Part shown: in pieces, positions 37,682 to 45,912 of the stretch
How positions within the stretch are numbered: position 1 is the stretch's first letter
Layout of the letters: each line of letters begins with the position of its first letter
Assembly (NCBI GenBank): GCA_035512635.1
Contig: DATKDR010000098.1
Coordinates: 26,273-90,272, forward strand
DNA: 64,000 nt
Direction: 5' to 3'
Origin: Longimicrobiales bacterium
GTDB taxonomy: Bacteria; Gemmatimonadota; Gemmatimonadetes; Longimicrobiales; RSA9
Program-made: the position numbers and the translations under genes
Notes under the pieces: model-generated
Seen by the model: only the letters and a program-made list of their open reading frames with translations
What the model was told of the DNA's origin: nothing
The model's database searches: none

Positions 37682-38251
37682 GTGCAGCCCGTAGTCGTCG
37701 TCACCTATCCACACGCGCTCGATCTCAAGGTCGAGCGGCTGGAGCACACGAGCCTGCCGGACCAGTCCACGGGCCTCGCGTACTATTACCGTGGTGGGCT
37801 GATCGCGCGCGGTGTCGTGAGCGATGAGGCGGTCGAGTCGATCCAGTCGCTGGTGAACGATCCGGTACACCTCGCGCTCGCCGCGCAGGAGGACGACGAC
37901 GGCAACATCGACGGCCGGCTGTGTCTGGTCCTGCCGGTGGAGCTCGGCAAGGAGCTCATGAAGGACGACGACGCGGAGCCCGAGGAGGCGTGGAAGTCGA
38001 GCGTGCCCGCGCCGCCCGCCGAGATCGACAGCTACGGCTCGCAGAAGCGCGACACCGCCGATGAGCCGGAGGAGGGCGAGCAGCCGCACATCGCGCTGCT
38101 GCCCATCGGCAACATCGTGCGCAGCAGCGAAGCCCGTAACCATCCCGACGACGTCTCCGCCGACGCGCGCGAGATGCTCGTCAACCTGCTCGCCGGACAG
38201 GGGCAGGATTCCGTGCGCAAGGCGATCGACGACCTGCTCGACTCGATCTGA
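37682..38251 (+). CDS. hypothetical acidic protein
   Basis: GTG at 37682 after GGAGGA. 189 aa, Asp/Glu-rich, with coding-like third-position bias. No family recognised. Confidence 0.55.
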   Translation: MQPVVVVTYPHALDLKVERLEHTSLPDQSTGLAYYYRGGLIARGVVSDEAVESIQSLVNDPVHLALAAQEDDDGNIDGRLCLVLPVELGKELMKDDDAEPEEAWKSSVPAPPAEIDSYGSQKRDTADEPEEGEQPHIALLPIGNIVRSSEARNHPDDVSADAREMLVNLLAGQGQDSVRKAIDDLLDSI

Positions 38252-38253
38252 AT

Positions 38254-38386
<133 letters not shown>

Positions 38387-38400
38387 GCCAGCCGTCCCTC

Positions 38401-39330
38401 TTGAACCACTCGGAAATCTTTAGAAAGGCTCACGCGGGCCATGCCACCTGTCTCGCCGACGAGTGGCACTCCGCGCCGTGTCCGCCGCCCGCGCATCCGC
38501 TCGTCTGGTCGCGGCGCAACGGGCCCTGGCGCGAGCTGGCTGTGCTGTTCGTGGGTGCGGCGCCCGGCAACGCCGGCGGGCGGGGTGCGGGCGACATGGG
38601 CGCGCACGCGACGCGCATCCCGTTCGGCGGCGACGTGGCCGGCGCCAACCTGGATGTGCTGCTCGCGAGCGCCGGCCTCACGCGGGACGAGGTCTTCCTC
38701 GTCGCGGCGCTGAACCGCCTGCCGGACGCGGGTGGCGGCGAGCCGACGGCTCGCGAGCTCTCGCAGCCGGTGGGCGATTACGAGACCAGCCTCCATCTCC
38801 TGCGCGACACGATGCTGGCCGCCCACCCGCGGCTCGTCGTCACGCTCGGCAACGTCGCTCTGCGGGCGACCATCGCGGCCGCGCGCCTGGCGGAGGACGC
38901 CGGGCGCTCCGTCGTATCCGACAGGGTGTCGATGCCGTCGCTCGAGCGACTGAAGAAGGCGGGCCTCGCGCGGAGCGTCGCCGCGGCCTGGCCGGTGGCT
39001 CACGCGCCCGATCCGGCGTTCGCCGAAGCCTGGGGCCCGCGGCCGCTGCCGCACGTGCTGTGGCTCACGCATCCCAGCGCGCAGAACATGAGCCCCCATG
39101 CGCGCGTCGAGACGGCGTTTCACACGCGGATGCTGGAGGCGCGCGACGCGTTGCGCGCGGCAGTGGCCGGGGTGCTCGGCGTGACGCCGCCCGCGATGCG
39201 CAAGGACGTGCCGCTCGAGGGAGCCGCGGCCGTGTCGGGCCGCTCGATCTACGACCTCGCCGAGTGGCGCGATGCGGTCGGACCCCGCCATGCGACGCTC
39301 GATCGGCTATGGCGTTCGAAGGGCGTATGA
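38401..39330 (+). CDS. uracil-DNA glycosylase superfamily protein (tentative)
   Basis: FVGAAPGNAGG (GxAPG-like), IPFGGDVAGANL and LTHPSAQN (HPS motif). TTG start as given by the ORF track. Confidence 0.5.
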   Translation: MNHSEIFRKAHAGHATCLADEWHSAPCPPPAHPLVWSRRNGPWRELAVLFVGAAPGNAGGRGAGDMGAHATRIPFGGDVAGANLDVLLASAGLTRDEVFLVAALNRLPDAGGGEPTARELSQPVGDYETSLHLLRDTMLAAHPRLVVTLGNVALRATIAAARLAEDAGRSVVSDRVSMPSLERLKKAGLARSVAAAWPVAHAPDPAFAEAWGPRPLPHVLWLTHPSAQNMSPHARVETAFHTRMLEARDALRAAVAGVLGVTPPAMRKDVPLEGAAAVSGRSIYDLAEWRDAVGPRHATLDRLWRSKGV

Positions 39331-39344
39331 TTTAGCGTTCGGCC

Positions 39345-39584
39345 ATGGGTTACGGTGCAGCACACCCGACGCGACGTAGCGTCCCCACCGTCGTCGTGCA
39401 TCTCGCCACGGACGATGGCGACGTCGTCTTCCGTGCCCGCTGGAAAGAGCGCGCGATCGACCTCCAGCGCCGCATCGTCTACCGCATCCGTCTCGGCATG
39501 CCCCTCTGGTTCGAGGACGACGCCGGACGCGACCTCTGCTTTCGGCCCGAGCGCATCTGGCGCGCGATGGTGGCCGAGAGCTAG
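39345..39584 (+). CDS. small hypothetical protein (79 aa)
   Basis: Strong G/C third-position bias, but no RBS and no recognisable family. Confidence 0.4.
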   Translation: MGYGAAHPTRRSVPTVVVHLATDDGDVVFRARWKERAIDLQRRIVYRIRLGMPLWFEDDAGRDLCFRPERIWRAMVAES

Positions 39585-39615
39585 CGCTCACCCGGAGCCG
39601 GGTCCCCACCCCTAG

Positions 39616-41169
39616 CTACTTTCCCCTCAACAGGCTCAGCAGTCCGCGTACGCGTTGCACGACGCCGCGACCGTGCAGCGCGCGGACGAGTCCGAGCGCG
39701 CGCGGCAGGCCGAAGCGACGCAGCGGGAACAGTCCCGGCTCCCAGCCGAGGCCCGCGCGGTCGGCGAGCAGCGCGCGCGGCCGCGACAGCTCGCGCAGCC
39801 CCTCGTCGCCGTAGACGCGGCCGTAGCCGCTCTCGCCCGCTCCACCGAACGGCAGCGACGCGATGGTGCCGTTCACGAGCGCGTCGTTGATGCAGACCAT
39901 ACCGGCGCGAAGTCGGCCGGCGAGGCGGCGGGCATCGCCCTCGGGTCCCCAGACGCTCGCGCCCAGGGCGAAGCCGGAGTCGTTCGCGAGGCGTACGGCC
40001 TCATCCGCGTCGCGCACGCGCATCACGGGCAGCACCGGCCCGAACGTTTCCGAGCGCATCACGTCCATGTCGTGCGTGACGTCCACGAGCAGCGTCGGCA
40101 GCCACGCGCGCCCGCCCGGTGCACGCTCGCCGCCCGCGAGGACGCGGGCGCCACGCTCGATCGCGTCGCGCACCTGACGCTCGACGTGGAAAGTCTGCGC
40201 CGCGGTCGTCATCGCACCGACATCCGCATCCGCATCCTCCGGCGTGCCGACGCGGAGCGCGCGCGTCGCACGCAGCGCCTCCTCGATGAACTCGTCGTAG
40301 ACCGCATCGACCACGTACGCGCGCTCGATCGAGATGCAGATCTGGCCCGCGTTCCAGAACGCGCCATTCACGGCCGTGCGGGCAGCCCGCCGCACGTCCG
40401 CTCCTTCGGTCACCAAAACCGGATCCTTGCCGCCCAGCTCCAGCGTGACCGGGATGAGGCGATCCGCCGCCGCGCGCGCGATGGCGCGGCCGGTCTCGAC
40501 GCTGCCGGTGAAGGAGATCTTGTCGACGCCCGCCTCCACCAGCGCCCTGCCGGTCCCGCCATCGCCGGTCAGCACCTGGAAGACGGCTTCCGGAACGCCG
40601 GCCTCGCGGGCGAGGCGCTGCACGGCGAGCGCTGAGAGCGGCGTCAATTCGGAGGGCTTGAGCAGCACCGCGTTGCCGGCGACGATGCCGGCCATCACGG
40701 CGCGCATCGTGTTCAGCACCGGGAAATTCCACGGGCCGATCACCGCGACGACGCCGTAGGGCTCGCGCTCGATCCAGGCCTTCTTGGTGATCAGCCAGCC
40801 GGCCGGCGTGCGCCGCGGCGAGAGCACCGTGTCCGCGCGCTTCGCGTACCAGGCCGCGAGATCGCAGGTGGTGAGCACGTCGACCATCATCGCCTCGAAC
40901 GGCAGCTTGCCCGTCTCGGCCGAGGAGATTCCTGCGATATCGCGCGCATGCTCGGCGAGCAGACGCCGGAACGCGGTGAGTCGACGCGCACGCTCGCGCA
41001 CGGGCAGCGCCGCCCACGCGGGCTGCGCCGCGCGCGCCGCGGCGAGCGCCGCCCGCACCTGCGCCCCGCCCAGGACCGGCACACGACCGAGCTCGGCGCC
41101 ACTCGACGGCGCGCGCACGACGATCTCGCCCGCCGCCTCGTCCGCCGCCCGCTCGGGCGCCGTGATCAC
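39616..41169 (-). CDS. NAD(P)-dependent aldehyde dehydrogenase
   Basis: LLKPSELTP, ELGGKDP and the catalytic Cys context GQICISIERAYV. GTG start at 41169 (GTGA overlap). Confidence 0.9.
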   Translation of the reverse strand: MITAPERAADEAAGEIVVRAPSSGAELGRVPVLGGAQVRAALAAARAAQPAWAALPVRERARRLTAFRRLLAEHARDIAGISSAETGKLPFEAMMVDVLTTCDLAAWYAKRADTVLSPRRTPAGWLITKKAWIEREPYGVVAVIGPWNFPVLNTMRAVMAGIVAGNAVLLKPSELTPLSALAVQRLAREAGVPEAVFQVLTGDGGTGRALVEAGVDKISFTGSVETGRAIARAAADRLIPVTLELGGKDPVLVTEGADVRRAARTAVNGAFWNAGQICISIERAYVVDAVYDEFIEEALRATRALRVGTPEDADADVGAMTTAAQTFHVERQVRDAIERGARVLAGGERAPGGRAWLPTLLVDVTHDMDVMRSETFGPVLPVMRVRDADEAVRLANDSGFALGASVWGPEGDARRLAGRLRAGMVCINDALVNGTIASLPFGGAGESGYGRVYGDEGLRELSRPRALLADRAGLGWEPGLFPLRRFGLPRALGLVRALHGRGVVQRVRGLLSLLRGK

Positions 41170-41834
41170 TGGAGGTGTCGTGACAGGAAGGCGGCGGCGT
41201 CGATGGCGGGGGAGCCGGACGCCTGACCCTCGGGTGGCGCGGCGCGCGGCTCGAGCGGAAGCGCCAGCAGGGGCAGGCTCGTGGGCAGGTCCATCGAATC
41301 GCGCGAGGGGCTCCCCGCGCCGAGCAGCACGAGGGCTCGGACGCCTTCATCGAGCGCCGCGGCACGCGCCGCGTACGGCGCGGCCTCGCCGACGCCGATC
41401 AGCGCCATGCGATCGCCGTCGATGTCCTGGCGCTGGCGCAGGAACTGGAGCACAGCATACGCGTCGTCCGCCGGTTGCGTCATCGGCTCGGCGCGACCCG
41501 AATCCGCCGCCGAGACGGGCGGCAGCTCGAGCTGCACCACCGCGATGCCGCGCGCGAGGAGCGCCTCGGACATCGCCACCGCGGCGACGACGGGGCCGCT
41601 GTCCGGCTCACGCACGACCAGCAGCAGGACCGACGGCAGCGGTGTCGCCTCGAGCGCAGGCAAAGCCACCGTCGCGGTGATCATCTGCCCGGGGAAGACC
41701 GGCACCACGACCGACTGCGTGATCACGCCGGCGTTCGATACCGGCTGCACGCGCTCCTGTCCGAGCAGCGGCGCCGGGGCGCTCTGCATCGCGACCGCGA
41801 CGAGCGAAGCGAACAGCAGCCGAGGCATCGTCAC
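41166..41834 (-). CDS. hypothetical secreted protein (alpha/beta-hydrolase-like, no GxSxG seen)
   Basis: Signal-like MPRLLFASLVAVAMQSAPA. Coupled to the downstream aldehyde dehydrogenase. Start is GTG at 41834 or ATG at 41828. Confidence 0.55.
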   Translation of the reverse strand: MTMPRLLFASLVAVAMQSAPAPLLGQERVQPVSNAGVITQSVVVPVFPGQMITATVALPALEATPLPSVLLLVVREPDSGPVVAAVAMSEALLARGIAVVQLELPPVSAADSGRAEPMTQPADDAYAVLQFLRQRQDIDGDRMALIGVGEAAPYAARAAALDEGVRALVLLGAGSPSRDSMDLPTSLPLLALPLEPRAAPPEGQASGSPAIDAAAFLSRHLQ

Positions 41835-42446
41835 TTACCGCGCGCTCACCGGGATGGCGACGCGCGTGTTCTCCCATTCCAGGATCAGCGACGCGCCCGC
41901 GTCCGCTGGCTCGGAGCGGATGGTGAACGTCTCCACGTGCTCGTCGATGCCCGTCGCCGGCACCATGCCGCGACCGACCTCCTGCGCGCGCACGTCCGCC
42001 GTGTAGCGGCTCTCGTGGCCCCACTGCGACGTCGACCGGTTCACGATCACGACCCACTGCTCCAGACCCGGCATCGTGTACAGCGAATATGATCCGGGGT
42101 CGAGGTCCATGCCCGCGATCGTCGCGGCGAAGGGCAGGTGCAGCGTGGTCGGCTCGTTCGCGCCCGTGCGCCACAGCTGGCCGAACGGCACCGCCTCGCC
42201 ACCGATCATCGTGCGACCCCGGGCCGACGGGCGGCCGTAGCAGATCTTGGCGGTCTGTCCGTCGACCGTGATCAGCGTCGAATCGTAGGGACTCGCGCGA
42301 CCTTCCAGCGCCATGTTCTCCGTCATCGGCGCGCACGCCATCGACTGCGCCTCCGCCGGAGCCGGCGCGGTCGCACAGGCAATCATCGTGAACCAGACCG
42401 CCATCCCACCAATCACCATCCGCATCGCATTCTCCCTGTGCCGCAT
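41835..42446 (-). CDS. DUF2911 family protein
   Basis: ICYGRPSARGRTMIGGEAVPFGQLWRTGANEPTTL is the DUF2911 hallmark. The ATG at 42422 (MRMVIGG) is an alternative start. Confidence 0.75.
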   Translation of the reverse strand: MRHRENAMRMVIGGMAVWFTMIACATAPAPAEAQSMACAPMTENMALEGRASPYDSTLITVDGQTAKICYGRPSARGRTMIGGEAVPFGQLWRTGANEPTTLHLPFAATIAGMDLDPGSYSLYTMPGLEQWVVIVNRSTSQWGHESRYTADVRAQEVGRGMVPATGIDEHVETFTIRSEPADAGASLILEWENTRVAIPVSAR

Positions 42447-42460
42447 GTCATCCCCGGACC

Positions 42461-42493
42461 CACCACCTCACCTCACCTCACCTCACCTCACCT
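42461..42493. repeat. pentamer array P2 (ACCTC/CCTCA x6)
   Basis: caccacctcacctcacctcacctcacctcacct directly abuts the trpS stop codon (42494-42496). Confidence 0.85.
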
Positions 42494-43540
42494 TCAATAT
42501 ACCCCCGCGCTCCTGAAGTAGGTCAGACCCATCGCCTCGCGTACCCGCTCCATCGTCTCGCGCGCAGTCTCGGCCATGCGTCGGTTGCCGGTCTGGAGCA
42601 CGTCGTCGACCAGATCCGGCCGCGCCTCGAGCGCTGCGCGGCGCTCGCGCATCGGCTCGAGGAACGCGTTCAGCGCGGCCGCGAGCTTCTTCTTCACTTC
42701 GACGTCGCCCACCTTCCCCTCGCGGTAGCGCGCCTTCAGCTCCGTGACCTCGGCGGCGTCCGGATTGAACAGGTCGTGGTAGATGAAGACGGGATTGCCC
42801 TCGACGGTGCCGGGGTCGGTCGCGCGCAGGCGATTCGGGTCGGTGTACATGCGCATGACGCGCTGTTGCACGGTCTCGGCGGAATCCGAGAGCAGGATCG
42901 CGTTGTCGAGTGACTTCGACATCTTCTGCTTCCCGTACAGTCCGACCAGCACGTCGTCCGAATCGACCAGCGGCTCGGGCTCCGGGAAGACGTCGCCGTA
43001 GAGGAAGTTGAAGCGGCGCGCGATCTCACGCGTCACCTCGACGTGCGGCAGATTGTCGCGGCCGACCGGAACGAGGTGCGCGCGCGGCAGCAGGATGTCC
43101 GCCGCCTGGAGCACCGGGTAGCCGACGAGGCCGTAGGGCATCACGTCCAGGTGGGCCGCTTCCGCCATGTCCTTGATGCTGGGGATGCGCTCGAGCCGCG
43201 GCAGCGAGACCAGCATGCCGAGAATGAGCGCGAGCTCGCTGGTCTCGGGGATCGCCGACTGCACGAAGATCGTGCTGCGCTCGGGGTCGATGCCAGCGGC
43301 GAGGTAGTCGAGCACCATCTCGCGGATGTGGCCCGGCACTTCGGCGACCGCGTCGCGCTCCGGACGCGTGGTCAGCGTGTGCAGATCCGCGATGATGAAA
43401 TAGCAGTCGTACTCGTCCTGGAGGCGCACGCGGTTCTGGACGCTGCCCACCCAGTGCCCGAGGTGCAGCTTGCCGGTCGGCCGGTCGCCGGTCAGGAGCC
43501 GGCGTGCCGCTGTCGTCTTCCCAACGCTGCTGTCAGCCAT
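42494..43540 (-). CDS. trpS: tryptophan--tRNA ligase
   Basis: From the ATG at 43540: HIGH-type KLHLGHW, KMSKS, and a class Ic layout (348 aa). Confidence 0.92.
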   Translation of the reverse strand: MADSSVGKTTAARRLLTGDRPTGKLHLGHWVGSVQNRVRLQDEYDCYFIIADLHTLTTRPERDAVAEVPGHIREMVLDYLAAGIDPERSTIFVQSAIPETSELALILGMLVSLPRLERIPSIKDMAEAAHLDVMPYGLVGYPVLQAADILLPRAHLVPVGRDNLPHVEVTREIARRFNFLYGDVFPEPEPLVDSDDVLVGLYGKQKMSKSLDNAILLSDSAETVQQRVMRMYTDPNRLRATDPGTVEGNPVFIYHDLFNPDAAEVTELKARYREGKVGDVEVKKKLAAALNAFLEPMRERRAALEARPDLVDDVLQTGNRRMAETARETMERVREAMGLTYFRSAGVY

Positions 43541-44150
43541 TCTCGGTCCTCGATCGAAGGCCGCGCTCCAGCAGCTCGGCCAGCTCGTCATCGTACAGCG
43601 CGTCCAGCCTCCCGCCCGACACCAGCACCTCGGCCGCGACCCGGTCCGGCTCGACCGCCGTCGAGAAATGGATCGCCTCGAGGCGCGCCTGCGCGACCCG
43701 CCCGGTTCCTCCGGTCCCGCTCCCCGCCAGCCGCGCGATCCACTCCTGTCCGGCCACCGAGAAGCGCCGCGGCTCGGACACCGGCGCGCGCGAGGGCGAC
43801 CGGTGCGGCGCGAGGTCCGCCGCAACTGGCAGGCTCTCGTGCGCCGCCGCGTGCGCCGTCCCGGAATGACCCGCCTCCTCCCTCCCCTCGTCCCCGGCCG
43901 CACGAGCTGCCTCCACCCGCTTCGCCTCCAGCCGAGCGACCAGCTCCCGCGCGCTCATCGGCCGCGGGTGCGCCGGCCCCGCCACGTGCTCCGGCTCCGC
44001 CTCCCGCTCGTGCTCGTGCTCGTGCACGTGCTCGTGCTCGGCCGTCTGCCCCTCCCCCTGCCCGGGCGCCTTCTGCCCGTGCCCCTGCCCCTTCTCTTCC
44101 CGCCGCCTTTTCCGCCTTCCTCCGCGTCGCCCTCTCCTTCCGCCCTTCAT
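43533..44150 (-). CDS. hypothetical protein with basic N-terminus and His/Glu-rich tract
   Basis: The ATG at 44150 (ATGA overlap with queD) gives [44 protein letters not shown]. Its stop overlaps the trpS start. Confidence 0.5.
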   Translation of the reverse strand: MKGGRRGRRGGRRKRRREEKGQGHGQKAPGQGEGQTAEHEHVHEHEHEREAEPEHVAGPAHPRPMSARELVARLEAKRVEAARAAGDEGREEAGHSGTAHAAAHESLPVAADLAPHRSPSRAPVSEPRRFSVAGQEWIARLAGSGTGGTGRVAQARLEAIHFSTAVEPDRVAAEVLVSGGRLDALYDDELAELLERGLRSRTENG

Positions 44151-44578
44151 GGCAGCTCTCCGCCGAAATATTCGGCGTACAGGCCATCGTCCTCGCGCAG
44201 CAGCATGCGATGGAGACGCGCACCGTCGGGCAGTGCCCGCGCGACCCGCGGCCAGAGCCAGATCAGCAGATTCTCCGTGGTCGGAATGCGGGCGCCCTCC
44301 GCGAACTCCGGCACCACGTGATTGATGAACTGGTGATCGAGCGGCTCGGTCACTTCGCGCCGCAGGATGTCGTCGAGGATCGCCAGGTCGATCGCGAAGC
44401 CGGTTTCCGCCTCGACGCGACCGCCGACCGTCACCTCGAGCCGGTACAGGTGCCCATGGCCGTGCGGGTTGGCGCACGGCCCGAAGACGGCGCGATTCCG
44501 CTCCTCCGGCCACTCGGGGCGGTAGTAGCGATGCGCCGCGGAGAAGCGGACTTCGCGTGTGAGCAGGGCTGCGGGCAT
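44147..44578 (-). CDS. queD: 6-carboxy-5,6,7,8-tetrahydropterin synthase
   Basis: From the ATG at 44578: FSAAHRY, CANPHGHGHLYRLEVTV and LDHQFIN. Confidence 0.85.
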   Translation of the reverse strand: MPAALLTREVRFSAAHRYYRPEWPEERNRAVFGPCANPHGHGHLYRLEVTVGGRVEAETGFAIDLAILDDILRREVTEPLDHQFINHVVPEFAEGARIPTTENLLIWLWPRVARALPDGARLHRMLLREDDGLYAEYFGGELP

Positions 44579-44733
44579 GTCCGCGAAGCTAGCCCGCACG
44601 CGTCCGGCGCGTCCAGTTGGGCCCCACCAGAGCCCTAGGTGGCCATGATCTTGCAGCGAGCGCCGCTGCACGATGACGAGCATCTCCCAGTTCGCGTGGG
44701 GAGAAAGTCCGAGGAACGAAATCTGGTTCGCCC

Positions 44734-45207
44734 TTGTTCGAAGCTGCACTGGTGACCCAAAGGCGCTTGGCGGATTCCTACCTGGGCCGCGGTGACGTCG
44801 CTCCTAACGGCGGGCCCGCGACCATTCTTCTGGCGGAAGACCACCTGGACAGCCGTGAAGCCATGCGGGCGCTGCTCGAGGCCCACGGCTATCGCGTCGT
44901 CGAGGCGGCGAATGGCCGTGAGGCCGTGGAACGGGCGCTCCAGGAGCGGCCGGACCTCGTACTCATGGACATCATGATGCCGGAGATGGACGGCTTCGAG
45001 GCGACGCGCGTGCTGCGCAGTCAGGAGGGGACGCGCGGCGTTCCCATCATCGCGGTCACGGCGATGGACGGAGCGCAGCGGCTCAGCGTGCAGGCAGGCG
45101 CGAACGACTTCATCGCCAAGCCGATCGACACGCGGGGTCTGATGGCCAAGATCCGGTCCTGGCTTCCGGGGCCGAACGGCGTACCCGGTCCCGGACGATT
45201 CGAATAG
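44734..45207 (+). CDS. single-domain response regulator (CheY-like receiver)
   Basis: ILLAEDHLDSRE..DLVLMDIMMPEMDGFE..PIIAVTA..FIAKP. The start is uncertain (TTG at 44734 per the ORF track). Confidence 0.8.
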   Translation: MFEAALVTQRRLADSYLGRGDVAPNGGPATILLAEDHLDSREAMRALLEAHGYRVVEAANGREAVERALQERPDLVLMDIMMPEMDGFEATRVLRSQEGTRGVPIIAVTAMDGAQRLSVQAGANDFIAKPIDTRGLMAKIRSWLPGPNGVPGPGRFE

Positions 45208-45216
45208 GCTGGAGGA

Positions 45217-45768
45217 TCAGGACGGCAGCAGGGCCCGCAGGACCTCTTCCCCGTAGAACATGCCAATGTACTTCGCCTGCACCGGCGTGATGCGCCGGAC
45301 GGCCCACACCAGCTCCACGTAGTTCGGCTCACGCGGCACATGGGTGAGGTGCATGCCCGCCTCGACCGGCGTGCGACTGCCCTTCCGGTTGTTACAGGGC
45401 GAGCACGCGGTCACCACGTTCTGCCAGGTGTTGCCGCCGCCGCGCGAGATGGGAAGCACGTGATCGCGGGTCAGGAACTGGCGACCATGCAGCTTCGCGC
45501 GATGGCGCCCGCAGTACTGGCAGGCGTAGGCGTCGCGCGCGAAGAGGAAGGTGTTGGTGACCTGACGGCGGAACTTGCGGGGGACATGGACGAAGCGGAC
45601 CAGACGGATGACGACGGGCGCCGGCATCTCCCGGTGCTCGGATCGGTAGACCCGTTGTCGATCGACTTCGAGTACCTCCGCCTTTCGCTCGATGACGAGG
45701 CGGAGAGCCCTTCGAACGGAGAGCACGGTGAGAGGTTCGAAGGACGCGTTGAGAGCCAGACACTCCAT
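45217..45768 (-). CDS. HNH endonuclease
   Basis: From the ATG at 45768: CQYCGRH..LTRDHVLPISRGGGNTWQNVVTACSPCNNRKG. Confidence 0.85.
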   Translation of the reverse strand: MECLALNASFEPLTVLSVRRALRLVIERKAEVLEVDRQRVYRSEHREMPAPVVIRLVRFVHVPRKFRRQVTNTFLFARDAYACQYCGRHRAKLHGRQFLTRDHVLPISRGGGNTWQNVVTACSPCNNRKGSRTPVEAGMHLTHVPREPNYVELVWAVRRITPVQAKYIGMFYGEEVLRALLPS

Positions 45769-45912
45769 GCGCGTAGGACACCTCCATTGGCCGCGACCAT
45801 TTTCGCGTACGACGAGCCCGGGGTTCGCGGCGCGTTTCCCGGGCATCAGGCGGCGCTGCCTTTCGTATGAAGCTAGCAGCGTGTGTGACGAATTGGCAAC
45901 GAGTGCCCCGGC

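Noticed and set aside
35158-38251. LemA-DUF2207-acidic protein trio as a novel system
   Set aside because: LemA plus DUF2207 is a widely known conserved pair. The third gene is separated by 81 nt, and I cannot show that it is linked.
43504-44321. Plus-strand Pro/Ala/Arg-rich ORFs (121-531 aa) over the queD-trpS region
   Set aside because: They are antisense to three translationally coupled minus-strand genes with clear motifs, and their composition is low-complexity.
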